Shown here piece by piece: positions 43,794-55,368 of a DNA stretch of 64,000 nt; positions within the stretch are counted from its first letter, which is position 1; every line of letters starts with the position of its first letter. The position numbers and the translations under genes are program-made. Source of the stretch: an uncultured delta proteobacterium. GTDB taxonomy: Bacteria; Desulfobacterota; Desulfomonilia; Desulfomonilales; Desulfomonilaceae. The notes beneath the pieces were generated by a model. It saw only the letters and a program-made list of their open reading frames with translations, ran no database searches and had not been told where the DNA came from. Location of the stretch: the NCBI GenBank assembly GCA_963789265.1, contig CAWBKB010000005.1:704001-768000 (forward strand), in the 5' to 3' direction.

Positions 43794-44222
43794 CTACTGA
43801 GTTGCAGGGGCCTTTTCTCCCGCGTGTGCAGGCACCTGGGCCGGAGGGGCACTGGGCTCCTTGGGAACCGACTCAGACCGCGAGGCCTTCCCCGAGGACT
43901 GAGGGACCGCAGAAGAAGGGGCCGGCTTTGTCGTCGTCGCAGCGGGCGCCGACTGTTCCGTTACGAGGGAACGCTCAGTTCCAGTAATGCCCTTCCCCGA
44001 AAAATATGTAAGAATTATCGACGTCACCATGAACACGACGGCTGCCCCTATTGTCACCTTGCTCAGAAAAGTCGAAGCCCCGGTGCTGCCAAACACGGTT
44101 TGGCTGGATCCTCCGCCGAAAACCGCTCCAATATCCGCGCCCTTACCGGACTGCAAAAGAATGAACAGAATCAGTGTTAAGCACACTATAATATGAACGA
44201 TAAGCACCAACGTTGTAAACAT
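43794..44222 (-). CDS. secG: Preprotein translocase subunit SecG
   Basis: ILLQSGKGADIGAVFGGGSSQTVFG; downstream of tpiA. Confidence 0.96.
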   Translation of the reverse strand: MFTTLVLIVHIIVCLTLILFILLQSGKGADIGAVFGGGSSQTVFGSTGASTFLSKVTIGAAVVFMVTSIILTYFSGKGITGTERSLVTEQSAPAATTTKPAPSSAVPQSSGKASRSESVPKEPSAPPAQVPAHAGEKAPATQ

Positions 44223-44243
44223 ACGGCTATCCTCTCCAGGCTC

Positions 44244-45006
44244 TCAAGAGCCTTCTCTAATTATCCCAAGAAAATCGTCCAGATTCAAGGAGGCTCCGCC
44301 TACGAGACCACCATCGATGTCTTCGCAGCTCATGAGCATGCGGGCATTGCTCGGTTTGATGCTGCCCCCGTAAAGTATCCGAGCGCCCTCGGAAAACCCC
44401 CTGGGCGACATGTCAGCCAACTCGTTTCGCAGGAATCCATGAACTTCCTGGGCCTGTTCCGGCGTTGCCGTCCGGCCTGTCCCTATCGCCCACACAGGCT
44501 CATAGGCGATGACAAAGTATTCCGGGTCCGGCAGTGTGACTCCTGTTAGCCCTGCCGTCAACTTTCGCTTCACAACATCGAAAGTTTCTGCCGCCCCCCC
44601 GCTCTTCCAGTGTTTCTCCCAAACAGAATATAGGAATCAGACCGCTCCTCAAAGCCGCCTTAATCCTCCGGTTCACGGTCTCGTCCGTTTCGCCGAAGTA
44701 CAGCCGCCTTTCCGAATGTCCGATGATAACGTGACTACAGCCACACTCCTTTAGCATGGCTCCCGAGACTTCACCGGTGAACGCGCCCTGATCCTCCCAG
44801 TGCAAGTTCTGCCCGCACACTTGAATAAACGTCCCCTCGGCCTCCTTCACAGCAGCCGCTATCGACGTGAAAGGCGGTGCTACAACAACCTCGCAGGCCG
44901 GCTCGTTGCTTTGCAGACCCACGAGCAATTCCCGGACAAAGCGGGCAGCTTCGTTTGAGGTCTTATGCATCTTCCAATTACCGGCGATGATTAGTTTACG
45001 CGTCAT
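44244..45006 (-). CDS. tpiA: Triosephosphate isomerase; one insertion at ~44586
   Basis: [41 protein letters not shown]. Confidence 0.95.
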
Positions 45007-45077
45007 CGCAAAGCAGCCCTTTCTGGTTTTCGGCCCTACGGGGGGCCTGGCGTGCGTGTCCGAAAGTCTGCAAGAGC

Positions 45078-46268
45078 TTAGGATGTCTCCAAGGCCGCGA
45101 CTCCCGGCAACGTCTTGCCCTCCATGTACTCCATGAACGCCCCACCCCCGGTGGAAACGTAAGAAATCTTGTCTGCCACCCCGGCCTGTTTGATCGCCCG
45201 GACCGTATCCCCGCCGCCTACAACGGAAAATCCCGACGCAGAGGCCACAGCCTGTGCAGTTTTCATGGTACCGTGCTCGAAAGCCTCGATCTCGAACACA
45301 CCCATAGGTCCGTTCCATACGATCGTGCCGGCTTTACGCACCTCCCCGGCAAAGCGATCCACTGTTTCGGGTCCGATATCCAAAGCCATTTCGCCCTCGG
45401 GAATACCCGACGCCGCGACAACCGCCGTGTCAACCCCGGACTCCATCTTTCCGGCGACGACGACATCGGAAGGCAGGACAAACGCGCACTCTCCTTTTCG
45501 GGCTGACTCCAAAATCTCAGAAGCAGTGCCGATCATGTCTTCCTCAACCGAAGACCCCCCGGTGACTAAAACCCTGGGCTCTTAAAAATGTATTGGCCAT
45601 GCCGCCACCAATCAGCACACAGTCCATCCGCTGAAGAATATGGCGCAAAACTTCAAGCTTATCCGAAACCTTAGCACCCCCGAAAATGGCAACAACCGGT
45701 GTAGTGGGATTAGAAAAAGCCTTATCCAGACTCTCCAGCTCCTCTTTCATCAGCAAGCCGGCAGCCTTTTCTCGGACGAGTTCCGGAACTCCAACAGTAG
45801 ACGCGTGGGCTCTGTGTGCGGGACCCGAACGCGTCATTCACGTACACATCCGCCAGCGAGGCAAGTTCGGCGGCAAACTTTGGGTCGTTTCTTCGTCTCC
45901 TCCTCGTGAAATCTGAGATTCTCCAGCAAAAGGACCGCTCCGTCGGTAAGAGAAGCCGCGGCATCCTGAGCTTGTTTGCCCACGCAATCGTCCACAAACT
46001 GCACCTTCAGTCCCAGAAGCGATTCGAGATGCGCCGCCACCGGACGAAGGCTCAGCTCAGGTTTTCTCTCGCCGTTGGGCCGACCGAGGTGGGAAGCCAG
46101 TATGGACTTTGCCCCCTGCTCGATGGCGTAACGGATCGTGGGTAGGGCTCGCCTTATCCGTGTGTCATCCTTGATCTTCCCCGATTGATCCAGTGGCACA
46201 TTGAAATCAAAACGGAAGAAAACGCGCTTCCCGCGGATATCAACGTCCCGAACACTCTTTATCGACAT
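45078..46268 (-). CDS. pgk: Phosphoglycerate kinase; three insertions (~45889, ~45823, ~45564)
   Basis: [52 protein letters not shown]. Confidence 0.95.
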
Positions 46269-46355
46269 TCCATACCCCTGCCTTCACATGGTATCATTTT
46301 CCCACGCGCAGAACACTTGCAAACCCCGTCCCCCAGCGCCGGCAAGAATTCCGAA

Positions 46356-47366
46356 TCAGCTTAACCTCTCCCCGACGTAAGCAGCCAGGTCAACCAGCCG
46401 AGCGGAGTAACCGGACTCATTATCGTACCATGCTAGTACCTTGGCCATGTCGCCGCCGATGGAGAAGGTCGAGAGTGCGTCAAAAATTGACGAATATGTG
46501 CTGTTCACGAAATCGCTACTGACCAACGGCTCGTCAACATAGGCAAGGAATCCCTTCATTCTGCCTTCCGAGGCCTTCTTCATGGCTGTGTTAATTTGTT
46601 CGACGGTGGCGCCCCTGCTTAAGGTGACCGTCAAGTCCACCAGAGAAACATTCGGGGTGGGAATTCTGATTGCCTGCCCGTCCAGTTTGCCTGCCAGTTC
46701 GGGGATGACCAACCCTACAGCCGAGGCAGCTCCGGTTGTGGTTGGAATTATATTCATGGCCGCGGCTCTAGCCCGTCGATAATCCTTGTGCACGGTATCC
46801 AGAAGGCTTTGGTCCATTGTGTAGGAATGTATGGTCGTCATAAGCCCCTTTTCAATCCCAAATTCGTCGAACAAAACCTTGGCCACCGGTGCAAGGCAGT
46901 TGGTCGTGCAAGAGGCGTTGGAAATCACGTTATGTGTCAAGGGATCGTATGTTTCTGCATTTACCCCAAGAACAAATGTCCCGTCTATATTTTTGCCGGG
47001 TGCGGAAACGATAACTTTCTTGGCTCCGGCCTGAATATGTTTCGCGGCTTTTTCGCGGTCGCGGAAGATACCGGTACACTCCAGCACCACGTCTACTTTC
47101 AAATCGGCCCATGGAAGCTTGAGAAGGTCGTCTGTAATTCTCAAGGCATGGATTTGTTTACCGTCAACCACTATAGTGTCCGGCGTATGCGAGACCTCAC
47201 CGGGATAGCGTTGGTGAACCGAGTCGTGAGTGAAGAGAAAAGCCATCAGGTCCGCGTCCATCCTGTCATTGATGGCTACAACATCCACCTTTGGATTGGA
47301 GAGGGCATTTCGCATCGTAATCCGCCCGATGCGTCCGAACCCATTGATAGCAATTCTAACCGCCAT
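46356..47366 (-). CDS. gap: Type I glyceraldehyde-3-phosphate dehydrogenase
   Basis: INGFGRIG, SNASCTTNCLAP, WYDNE; start at 47366 with RBS GGAGG. Confidence 0.97.
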   Translation of the reverse strand: MAVRIAINGFGRIGRITMRNALSNPKVDVVAINDRMDADLMAFLFTHDSVHQRYPGEVSHTPDTIVVDGKQIHALRITDDLLKLPWADLKVDVVLECTGIFRDREKAAKHIQAGAKKVIVSAPGKNIDGTFVLGVNAETYDPLTHNVISNASCTTNCLAPVAKVLFDEFGIEKGLMTTIHSYTMDQSLLDTVHKDYRRARAAAMNIIPTTTGAASAVGLVIPELAGKLDGQAIRIPTPNVSLVDLTVTLSRGATVEQINTAMKKASEGRMKGFLAYVDEPLVSSDFVNSTYSSIFDALSTFSIGGDMAKVLAWYDNESGYSARLVDLAAYVGERLS

Positions 47367-47496
47367 AATTTTCCTCCGGTCGCATTTTTCAAAGACCAAA
47401 CTGAGATTAGTACATTTTTGCATCGCCGTCAATCGTGAATAGTATGGAGTTTCCTTAAGAAATCAGGCAAATCTGTAAAGAGAGTGAGAGGCGCGG

Positions 47497-49597
47497 ATGT
47501 CATCATGCATTTACGTAACCGGTGCGGAACCCTGGAGCGGTAAGTCTGTTGTGGTGCTCGGCCTTATGGAGTGGCTCTGGCATCAAGGGCGGACGGTCGG
47601 CTTTTACAGGCCGGTCATCGTATCGGAAGATCAGCCGGACAGACTTATTCACCTGATACTATCCCGCTACGGTTCCCGGTTCCCGTACACGGCAATGTAC
47701 GGATGCACGCACGAACAAGCGCTCGACCTAGTTGGTGATGACAATCAGGACAGACTGTTCGAATTAATCCTCGACAAGTACAAAACCCTGGAGCAGCAAT
47801 GTGACGCGGTGGTCTGCGTGGGCACCGATTCCTCGGGTGTGCCGTTACCGTTCGAACTCGGTTTCAATGCAGAGATAGCATACAATCTTGGCTGCGGCAT
47901 TATTCCTGTTCTCGCAGGTCGCGACAAAACGAGGCATCAGATCGTGGATGCGATGAGGGTTGTAATCGAATCCCTGCAGCAACGACGATGCGATGTCCTG
48001 GCTGTGATTGCCAACCGGATATTTCCTCAGAGCGTTACAGAGCTTACGGAAGAACTGCGGACTTCCATTCCCAGCGGGATTCTATGCTATGTGATAGCCG
48101 AAACCGGGATCCTGGGAAAGCCAACGATCGCCGAGATTGCACAAGCTCTTCAGGCACAGTCCTTGAGTGGCGAGGCGGAGAGCCTGAATCGCACGGTCAC
48201 GAAGTTCAAGGTCGCAGCTATGGAATTGCCCCAATTTCTGGATCATGTTGAAGAGGGAGACCTCATTATCACGCCGGGAGATCGATCGGACATAATTCTT
48301 GGGTGTCTGGCCGCCGAAGCTTCCACATCGTATCCGCATATTGCGGGCCTGCTCCTGACAGGAGGGCTAAAGCCTGCCCCCCAAGTCCGTCGCCTCATCG
48401 AGGGATTAGCAGGAGCCTCGGTTCCGATACTATCGGTAAAAACGGATACATATACAACTGCAACCGACGTCGGCTCCGTGAAGGGAACTCTCATCGCGGA
48501 AGATACGAGGAAGATCTCTGCGGCTCTGGGTATCGTAGAGGCGAGCGTCCGTTTTGACGAACTGCAAGAACGCCTTGCGGTAACTCGTTCTCACCTAGTC
48601 TCACCTTTGATGTTTGAATACGAATTGATTCAGCGCGCCCGAGGGGACCGCAAGCATATTGTATTACCTGAAGGATCCGACGAGCGCATCCTGAGAGCAG
48701 CCGAGATCCTACTGCTGCGAGACGTGGCCCATCTTACTCTGCTCGGAAATCCGGAGAAGGTAAGGCAGAAGATCAGTTCGCTGGGGATGGAACTCGAAGG
48801 GGTTAATATCATTGACCCCTCGGATTCGCGCGTCCGGGAGCTCTACGCCCGCACTTATTATGAGCTACGAAAACACAAAGGGGTGTCGCAGGAAATGGCC
48901 TTCGATGCGGTGGCCGACAGGTACTTACTTTGGCACCCTGATGGTTTATCACGGTCACGCGGACGGGATGGTGTCCGGGGCCACCCACACCACCACCCAC
49001 ACCATTCGGCCGGCATTTGAGATAATCCGCACCAGTCCAGGGGTTTCTATCATTTCTAGCGTGTTCTTCATGTGTCTTGCAGATCGCGTGCTCGTCTTCG
49101 GAGACTGTGCTGTGAATCCTGATCCGAACGCGGAGCAATTAGCCGACATAGCAATCCGTTCGCTTGAGACCGCCGAAATGTTTGGTATCGAGCCGTATGT
49201 CGCGATGCTGTCATATTCCACCGGCGAATCCGGCAAGGGTGCAGACGTGGAGAAGGTGCGAGCAGCCACTTCCATTGTGAAGGAACTGCGTCCCGACATA
49301 AAGGTCGAGGGACCGATCCAGTACGACGCGGCCATTGACGTCGGAGTCGCCAGAACTAAGTTGCCCGGAAGTGAGGTGGCCGGTCATGCTACCATATTCA
49401 TCTTCCCCGACTTGAACACAGGCAATACCACGTATAAGGCCGTCCAACGCTCGGCCAACGCGGTCGCCATAGGTCCGGTGTTGCAGGGGCTTAAAAGGCC
49501 AGTGAACGACCTAAGCCGCGGCTGTACCGTGACCGACATCGTCAATACCGTCGCAATAACCGCGATTCAGGCCCAAGCAATCCCGGAGTCCACATGA
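47497..49597 (+). CDS. pta: Phosphate acetyltransferase (long form with DRTGG domain); one insertion at ~48920
   Basis: [49 protein letters not shown]. Confidence 0.95.
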
Positions 49598-50814
49598 AAG
49601 TACTGGCGTTCAATGCAGGAAGTATTTCCATCAAGTACCAGCTCTTCGACATGACCGATCAGTCGGTACTCGTGGCGGGAATCTTAGAAGGAATCGGTCG
49701 AACAGACAGCCGGCTAAAGCATCTTAGGCGAGACAGCAAAGGAGATTTTAAGGAACACATCCGCGAGGAGCCGGTAGCCAATCATCAAGACGGATTCCGC
49801 ATTATCAAGGATTTTCTCTCTGACCCTGACAAAGGGTGGGACCTGAGCGATCTCTTCGGAATCGGGCACCGTGTCGTGCACGGCGGGGAGGCTTTTCAAG
49901 AACCAGCCCTCATCAACGACGAGGTCATTTCCGACATTAAGGCAATGATCCCGCTGGCCCCTCTCCACAATCCGGCCAGTTTAATAGGAGTTGAGGTGGC
50001 GCGCGATCTATATCCCGATGTGCCGCAGGTTGCTATATTTGACACCGCTTTCCATCAGACCATGCCGCCTCATGCTTTCCACTACGCGGTGCCCCATGAC
50101 TTCTACGAGCGTTATCAGGTTCGGAGGTACGGATTCCACGGAATATCGTATCAGTATGTGGTTAAACGGGCCGCGGCAAACCTCAACAAGCCTTTGAAAG
50201 AGTTGAATGTCATTACTCTGCACCTTGGAAACGGCGCCAGCGCAGCAGCGATACAGGCAGGCAGAAGCATAGACACGTCAATGGGCATGACCCCGCTTGA
50301 AGGTCTTGTCATGGGAACCCGGTGTGGCGATCTCGACCCGGCAATCCCCGGGTATCTTGCCCGGCAGATGGGAAAGACATCCGACGAGATCGATGCGCTA
50401 CTGGAACATCAGAGCGGACTTAAGGGACTCTGCGGGACCAGCGACATGCGTGAGCTGGCGCGCAGGGCGGAATCGGGAGATCCGCTCGCCTCACTTGCAT
50501 TGGAGATGTTTTGTTATCGAGTGAGAAAATATATCGGCGCGTATTTCGCTGTATTGGGACAGGTGGATGTTATAGTTTTTACAGGCGGGATAGGAGAGAA
50601 TTCTCAAGCGGTTCGCCGGGGTTGTCTCCAAGGTCTGAGTTGCCTGGGAGTCGAGATGGATGAAGGGCGCAATCAGGCTCCTATCAACGGCCCCACCGAG
50701 ATACAATCAGACCGCTCTCGGGTAAAGGTGCTTGTGATCCCAACGAACGAAGAGCTTCAGATTGCCATCGAGACCGTTGAGTGCATCCGGGGTGAAACCC
50801 GCGAGAAAAGTTAA
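49594..50814 (+). CDS. ackA: Acetate kinase
   Basis: [50 protein letters not shown] overlap with pta. Confidence 0.97.
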   Translation: MKVLAFNAGSISIKYQLFDMTDQSVLVAGILEGIGRTDSRLKHLRRDSKGDFKEHIREEPVANHQDGFRIIKDFLSDPDKGWDLSDLFGIGHRVVHGGEAFQEPALINDEVISDIKAMIPLAPLHNPASLIGVEVARDLYPDVPQVAIFDTAFHQTMPPHAFHYAVPHDFYERYQVRRYGFHGISYQYVVKRAAANLNKPLKELNVITLHLGNGASAAAIQAGRSIDTSMGMTPLEGLVMGTRCGDLDPAIPGYLARQMGKTSDEIDALLEHQSGLKGLCGTSDMRELARRAESGDPLASLALEMFCYRVRKYIGAYFAVLGQVDVIVFTGGIGENSQAVRRGCLQGLSCLGVEMDEGRNQAPINGPTEIQSDRSRVKVLVIPTNEELQIAIETVECIRGETREKS

Positions 50815-51013
50815 GGCCGGTCCGGAATCAACGCGTCAGGCATGGCATTCTAAATCAATTGCCGAAGATTTTCCTGGAGGATAACTCTGGACTCTGTTCC
50901 CGGGGCAGCACCGACTTCCCCGCCGGGGAATGAGCTTTTGGCCGCCTTTCAATGAGTACGAGGGACCGAGTAGGGCGGCCTGTGGCCGTCACTTGCGTCG
51001 GGCATGGCCCGAC

Positions 51014-53587
51014 CTACTCCCGAATCGTAGACCTGGCGTTTCGCCATCTTTCAATGAGCAGCAACAAAGCCGGTAAAGTCACCAAAGTCAGGGGAACTGA
51101 AGCCATCATCCCGATGACCATAGTCCGCCCGAGGAAGTTCAAAGAGGACCGTTGGGAGGTGAGCATCGACACAAAGCCCATTGTAATCGTGAGAGAAGTG
51201 ACCATAGATCTGGGGGTTACTCTGGCTACTGTTCGCGCCACCGAGCCCCCCGCCTCATGAAGGCTCCCCATTACCACATGTATTCCGTTGTGGATCCCAA
51301 AGCCAAAGATCAGAGGGGCAACACATACGATGGAGAAGGGCAACCCCATGTTTGTCAGACTGACAGCCCCTAAAGTGATGCTGAATCCCCCGATCATCGG
51401 AATCAAACAAAGGGCCACCCCGAGGGGATGGGGGAATATCACGAAAAAGACTGCAAGCACCAGCACAAACGCATAAGATCCTAATTTCACCAGCTCAGAC
51501 ACCATTGTGGACAACATGGCTTCCATGGCCTGCCGTGGCCCGGAAATGTCGATCCGTACCGGGAGATGACTCACAGCCGAGAGAATGACCCGGTCGGCTT
51601 TCATAAGTTCGTCAGGGTCCCGAACTCTGTCCGAGAGTCTTACGCGGGTGAGAAACCGGTATTTGCCATGGACTCTGGCGATATACCACGACTTTTCCAG
51701 ATCGGGAACGCCGTCTCCAGCACTCGATCCCCTGAGTTTAAGATTCTCAAGGATCTTGCGGATACCGTCAAACGATCGTGTCATCGTTCTGACCGAGGTT
51801 TTGGACAAATCAGAAGTCTTCAGTTTCGCTTCGAAGTCTGCTCGCAAAGCAGGCAACAATCGGACCACATCGGCAAGGCCGTTGATGTTCGCTTTTCTCA
51901 CCGCGTCCGGAGACAACAGATACGAGATAGAATCAAACGATGCGATTTCACGATGTTTGCCAATTAACTGCTCCAGGACGGTGTCGAGCTTCCTCTGAAT
52001 CGAAAGACCCTTTTGTAAGCTCTCCACATCAAAAGACAACAAAATCGGCTGAGAAAAATTTGAATGAAATCTGCGGGAAATTCGTTCCGACACGGCTACC
52101 GATTTCATACCCCCGGCCAGGAACACCTTGAAAAGGTCCTTTTCGTAAGAGACTCGGGTGGCAGCAACCATGCTCACAAGAATTAAGACGGTTGAAAATG
52201 CCACGATTGCTTTCGGCCGTCTCCGGAACAAGCCGGAAATGATCGCAAAGGAGACTTTAACTCCTGGAAAATAGTCTCTTTCTCGACTTGCCACTATCGA
52301 AAATAATGCCGGCACTAGAAGCAAGGTGGACCCCAGGGTTAGGGCAAGTCCGGTGGCCCCAAAGTAGCCGAATTGCTTGAGCGCGGGCTGCTTCGAAAGG
52401 CACAAGCAAAGGAAGGCAAGCATTCCCGTCAATCCCCCCAAAACAACCGGAGGTCCGGTCTGCGTATACGACTTCTCAAGTGCCTCGATTCTGGAGGAGC
52501 CCCGGTCAAGCTCTTCCCTGATTCGGCCCCATAAATGCTCCCCATATTCGGCGCCTAGACCGAGCAAAATACCTGTGGCCCCCATGACCACCGGATTCAC
52601 CTCGTTATAGCTCAGACAAATGACCCCGTAGCCTTGACCGATGCCCGCTACCAGGGGAGTCATCAGGATAGCGACCGACCAGAAGCTGCGGTAAACGAAC
52701 AGGAGCAGGCTCACTACCAGAGCAAATGAACAAAGGATGATCGTGTTTGTCTCGCGATCGAAAATAGCGTCCGATTCGTACTGAAAGGCAGTCTTTCCGC
52801 TCAGATACCATTCAATATCTCGTGCACTATCCCGAAGGCTCGGAATAGCCTTGGTCAGTTCTGAGATCTTTTCGGGAATTAGTTTATGCAACCGCGTTAT
52901 TAGTTCTTTGTCTCGAACGACGTCTGTGCTCGGGAAGTCCGGGGTGATTTGGACCAAATATAAGGTGCTGTCCGGACTTGCTATTAGTAAATAAGGATCT
53001 CCCAAGTTGAGCGAACCCACCCTTTTTTCCATCGAGCGAGTCACAAATTGACCGACCTCCAGTGGGTCTTCCAGGAGGCGTTCCTGCAACTCGGGGTTTT
53101 CGGTAAGAAAAAGTCGGTTACGGGTGCGTCTAAGCGCGCCGCTTATGCCCTTCAAGCTGAAGATCCGATGGATCTCTTCTCGCTCGCTTGCATTCATACC
53201 AAGCAGGAATCGTCGGAGTAGCTGGGCAGCTTGTTCACGATCATCCGGATCCATAAAGCGGTAACGCACCCTGTGCACCCCGGGGAGTGCAGATATTGAG
53301 TCTGCAAGGCCGCGAATGAACGGCAGGCAACTTTCACCCGGGGGCTCCGGGAACTCTAAGACAAGGATCAACGCATCCTGTTCTCCGAAAATTTTGCTGT
53401 TTTCCACAGTCAGATTTATTCTCGGATCGTCGCGCCCCACCCCGGACATGATATCGCTGCTCACCTTGATAAACGGCAAAGCACCAAAGCCGGCGATAGA
53501 AAGAACCGCGAATGCAGCAATAATCGCACGCGCATGGTTTCGTGAGAACCGGCTAATTTGAAGCAGACCCAGGACTAGGTATCGCAT
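51014..53587 (-). CDS. MMPL/RND family transporter
   Basis: 857 aa, two repeats of 1 TM + large loop + 5 TM; LLGLGAEYGEH and FGFGIHNGIHV motifs. Confidence 0.85.
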   Translation of the reverse strand: MRYLVLGLLQISRFSRNHARAIIAAFAVLSIAGFGALPFIKVSSDIMSGVGRDDPRINLTVENSKIFGEQDALILVLEFPEPPGESCLPFIRGLADSISALPGVHRVRYRFMDPDDREQAAQLLRRFLLGMNASEREEIHRIFSLKGISGALRRTRNRLFLTENPELQERLLEDPLEVGQFVTRSMEKRVGSLNLGDPYLLIASPDSTLYLVQITPDFPSTDVVRDKELITRLHKLIPEKISELTKAIPSLRDSARDIEWYLSGKTAFQYESDAIFDRETNTIILCSFALVVSLLLFVYRSFWSVAILMTPLVAGIGQGYGVICLSYNEVNPVVMGATGILLGLGAEYGEHLWGRIREELDRGSSRIEALEKSYTQTGPPVVLGGLTGMLAFLCLCLSKQPALKQFGYFGATGLALTLGSTLLLVPALFSIVASRERDYFPGVKVSFAIISGLFRRRPKAIVAFSTVLILVSMVAATRVSYEKDLFKVFLAGGMKSVAVSERISRRFHSNFSQPILLSFDVESLQKGLSIQRKLDTVLEQLIGKHREIASFDSISYLLSPDAVRKANINGLADVVRLLPALRADFEAKLKTSDLSKTSVRTMTRSFDGIRKILENLKLRGSSAGDGVPDLEKSWYIARVHGKYRFLTRVRLSDRVRDPDELMKADRVILSAVSHLPVRIDISGPRQAMEAMLSTMVSELVKLGSYAFVLVLAVFFVIFPHPLGVALCLIPMIGGFSITLGAVSLTNMGLPFSIVCVAPLIFGFGIHNGIHVVMGSLHEAGGSVARTVARVTPRSMVTSLTITMGFVSMLTSQRSSLNFLGRTMVIGMMASVPLTLVTLPALLLLIERWRNARSTIRE

Positions 53588-53841
53588 TTGACGTTAGTAC
53601 CAGCTCCTCAAAAATTAGAATAATTAACCAACGGCCATTATGCTCTGTCCGCCTGATCACTCTTTCGGACTAAGGAAGATTTTCGGAGAAATACGTATAT
53701 AATGTTGCGGTCCTATTTTCCAGCCGGTTTCCGGTGCACCATGACCTTCATCCTATGCAAGCGGCGCATCTTTGGCTATTCTGAAACAGAATAAGACGAA
53801 AGAACTTGTTTAGGGAGGTTTTCGTAAATACGGTCGCGGAT

Positions 53842-53880
53842 TTGGGTGCCACTGCCGGCTTGTCCAGCAGTGGCACCCAA
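53842..53880. repeat. REP-like palindrome
   Basis: TTGGGTGCCACTGC-11 nt-GCAGTGGCACCCAA (14-bp arms), intergenic. Confidence 0.6.
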
Positions 53881-53959
53881 CCAATGGCGATTACCCCCAC
53901 ACGAACTGGTATTTCGTGTAACCGTATTTAAGAAATAGAGTAATTAGGGAGGATACGTC

Positions 53960-54469
53960 ATGAAAGCGGACGAGGTTCTGCGCAAAGAATTGTTGGCACT
54001 TTTGGACGGACGAAACGCCCACATGAGCTTCGATGATGCGATTGGAGACTTTCCACTTGAACACATCAACAGTAAGGCCCCGTTGACGCCGTATTCCTTC
54101 TGGCATTTTGTCGAGCACATCCGCATTGCCCAGTGGGACATCCTGGAGTTCATCCGAAATCCGAATCATATCTCCCCGCCGTATCCCGAAGGATACCGCC
54201 CGCAACCGGAGCAGCGTACCGACGAAATAGGCTGGCAGAAGAGTATCGAAGAGATGCGGGCCGACTTGGAAGCGTTGAGGGAAATTGTTCGTGACGACAA
54301 AATCGACTTATTTGCACCTATCCCGCATGCGCGGTCATATAACATATTCCGTGAGATTGTCCTCGCGGCTGACCATAACGCCTATCACGTCGGTGAATTG
54401 GCGATTATGCGCCAGGTGATGGATATTTGGCCTGCCGACCGGAAATACTTGACCGGCAAGCCGGATTAA
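53960..54469 (+). CDS. DinB-like protein
   Basis: EHIRIAQWDILEF and ADHNAYHVGE His motifs; RBS GGAGG. Confidence 0.88.
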   Translation: MKADEVLRKELLALLDGRNAHMSFDDAIGDFPLEHINSKAPLTPYSFWHFVEHIRIAQWDILEFIRNPNHISPPYPEGYRPQPEQRTDEIGWQKSIEEMRADLEALREIVRDDKIDLFAPIPHARSYNIFREIVLAADHNAYHVGELAIMRQVMDIWPADRKYLTGKPD

Positions 54470-54627
54470 TGGGTGAAACGGGCCGCCGAGTCTCCCAGGC
54501 ACCCGGACCTGACCTACTCTAGCGCACGCTCCAGGGCTCTGACATCGGATGAGCGGAAAATGTGTCGATTTCCTCAGTTCGTGTTGTCAACAGTCCGCGC
54601 GAATGCGACAATTTTCGAGGCGCCGTG

Positions 54628-54876
54628 CTAGGGCACGCCAGGAAGTAGAAACATGTCCAGTTCTCCATCGCGCGCGGCTTCGTTCATACCAAGGCTCGAT
54701 TCAGACTGAGCGCCCGCGCCGGACGGACATGTTACCTTGGTTTTTGAAACATCGTCCGTCTCGGAGGACGATCGAGCAGACATGGCTCGGGACACGGCGA
54801 AGATCATGGATGCAACGACGATTGCGGTGAGCAAGAGCGGAATCAAATCTGAAAGCATTGTGGTTCGTATTTTCAT
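54628..54876 (-). CDS. Small single-TM hypothetical protein
   Basis: RBS AAGGA, N-terminal hydrophobic helix; no recognisable family. Confidence 0.45.
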   Translation of the reverse strand: MKIRTTMLSDLIPLLLTAIVVASMIFAVSRAMSARSSSETDDVSKTKVTCPSGAGAQSESSLGMNEAARDGELDMFLLPGVP

Positions 54877-54986
54877 GGAATCCTTCCTACAGCTTTGGAA
54901 CCCCTAAAGTCAATTACTCGTCTCATGACATGATTCCGCGAAAAAAGTTCCCGAACGTAATCATCCAGTTGCGAGCGGTGAAAGAT

Positions 54987-55119
54987 TGTCATTGCGAGCG
55001 AAGCGATGCAATCTCTTCCTTTAAATCCCACTCAGATTGCCAGTGGGACGGGCATCTTGCCCGTCGTCCATAATGGACAGGCAGGATGCCTGTCCCACTA
55101 TTTGCTCCTCGCAATGACA
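54987..55119. repeat. GTCATTGCGAG palindromic element with nested GTGGGAC REP-like doublet (55042-55099)
   Basis: TGTCATTGCGAG...GCAATCT...AGATTGC[AGTGGGACGGGCATCTTGCCCGTC..GACAGGCAGGATGCCTGTCCCACT]...CTCGCAATGACA. Confidence 0.8.
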
Positions 55120-55164
55120 GAGGTTCGACAATTCCCCCGCGTGAGTGAACCATTACTCCCAAAC

Positions 55165-55365
55165 TTATTTCGTGGGAGGCGAAGGATCTTCGAGCCCGAC
55201 AACGTTGCCCAAATTGATTCGCAGCATTTCCACCGAGGCGAGTATACGTTTGGCATTTCGGTTGATGGCGGGGAAATCCGCCGAACCGTCGTACAACTCC
55301 TGCGCGATCCGGCCAAGCTGCTCCACTCCTGAAGACATACGGTCAAGATCGGGACGTGTGGACAT
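55165..55365 (-). CDS. Small hypothetical protein coupled to paaK
   Basis: Starts 3 nt after the paaK stop with RBS GGAGG inside the paaK end; helical pattern PAINRNAKRILASVEML. Confidence 0.7.
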   Translation of the reverse strand: MSTRPDLDRMSSGVEQLGRIAQELYDGSADFPAINRNAKRILASVEMLRINLGNVVGLEDPSPPTK

Positions 55366-55368
55366 GAT

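Noticed and set aside
12733..47438. Long antisense ORFs (for example 16650-17387, 29555-30325, 34469-35101, 46788-47438)
   Set aside because: Shadows of conserved genes on the opposite strand, without recognisable motifs
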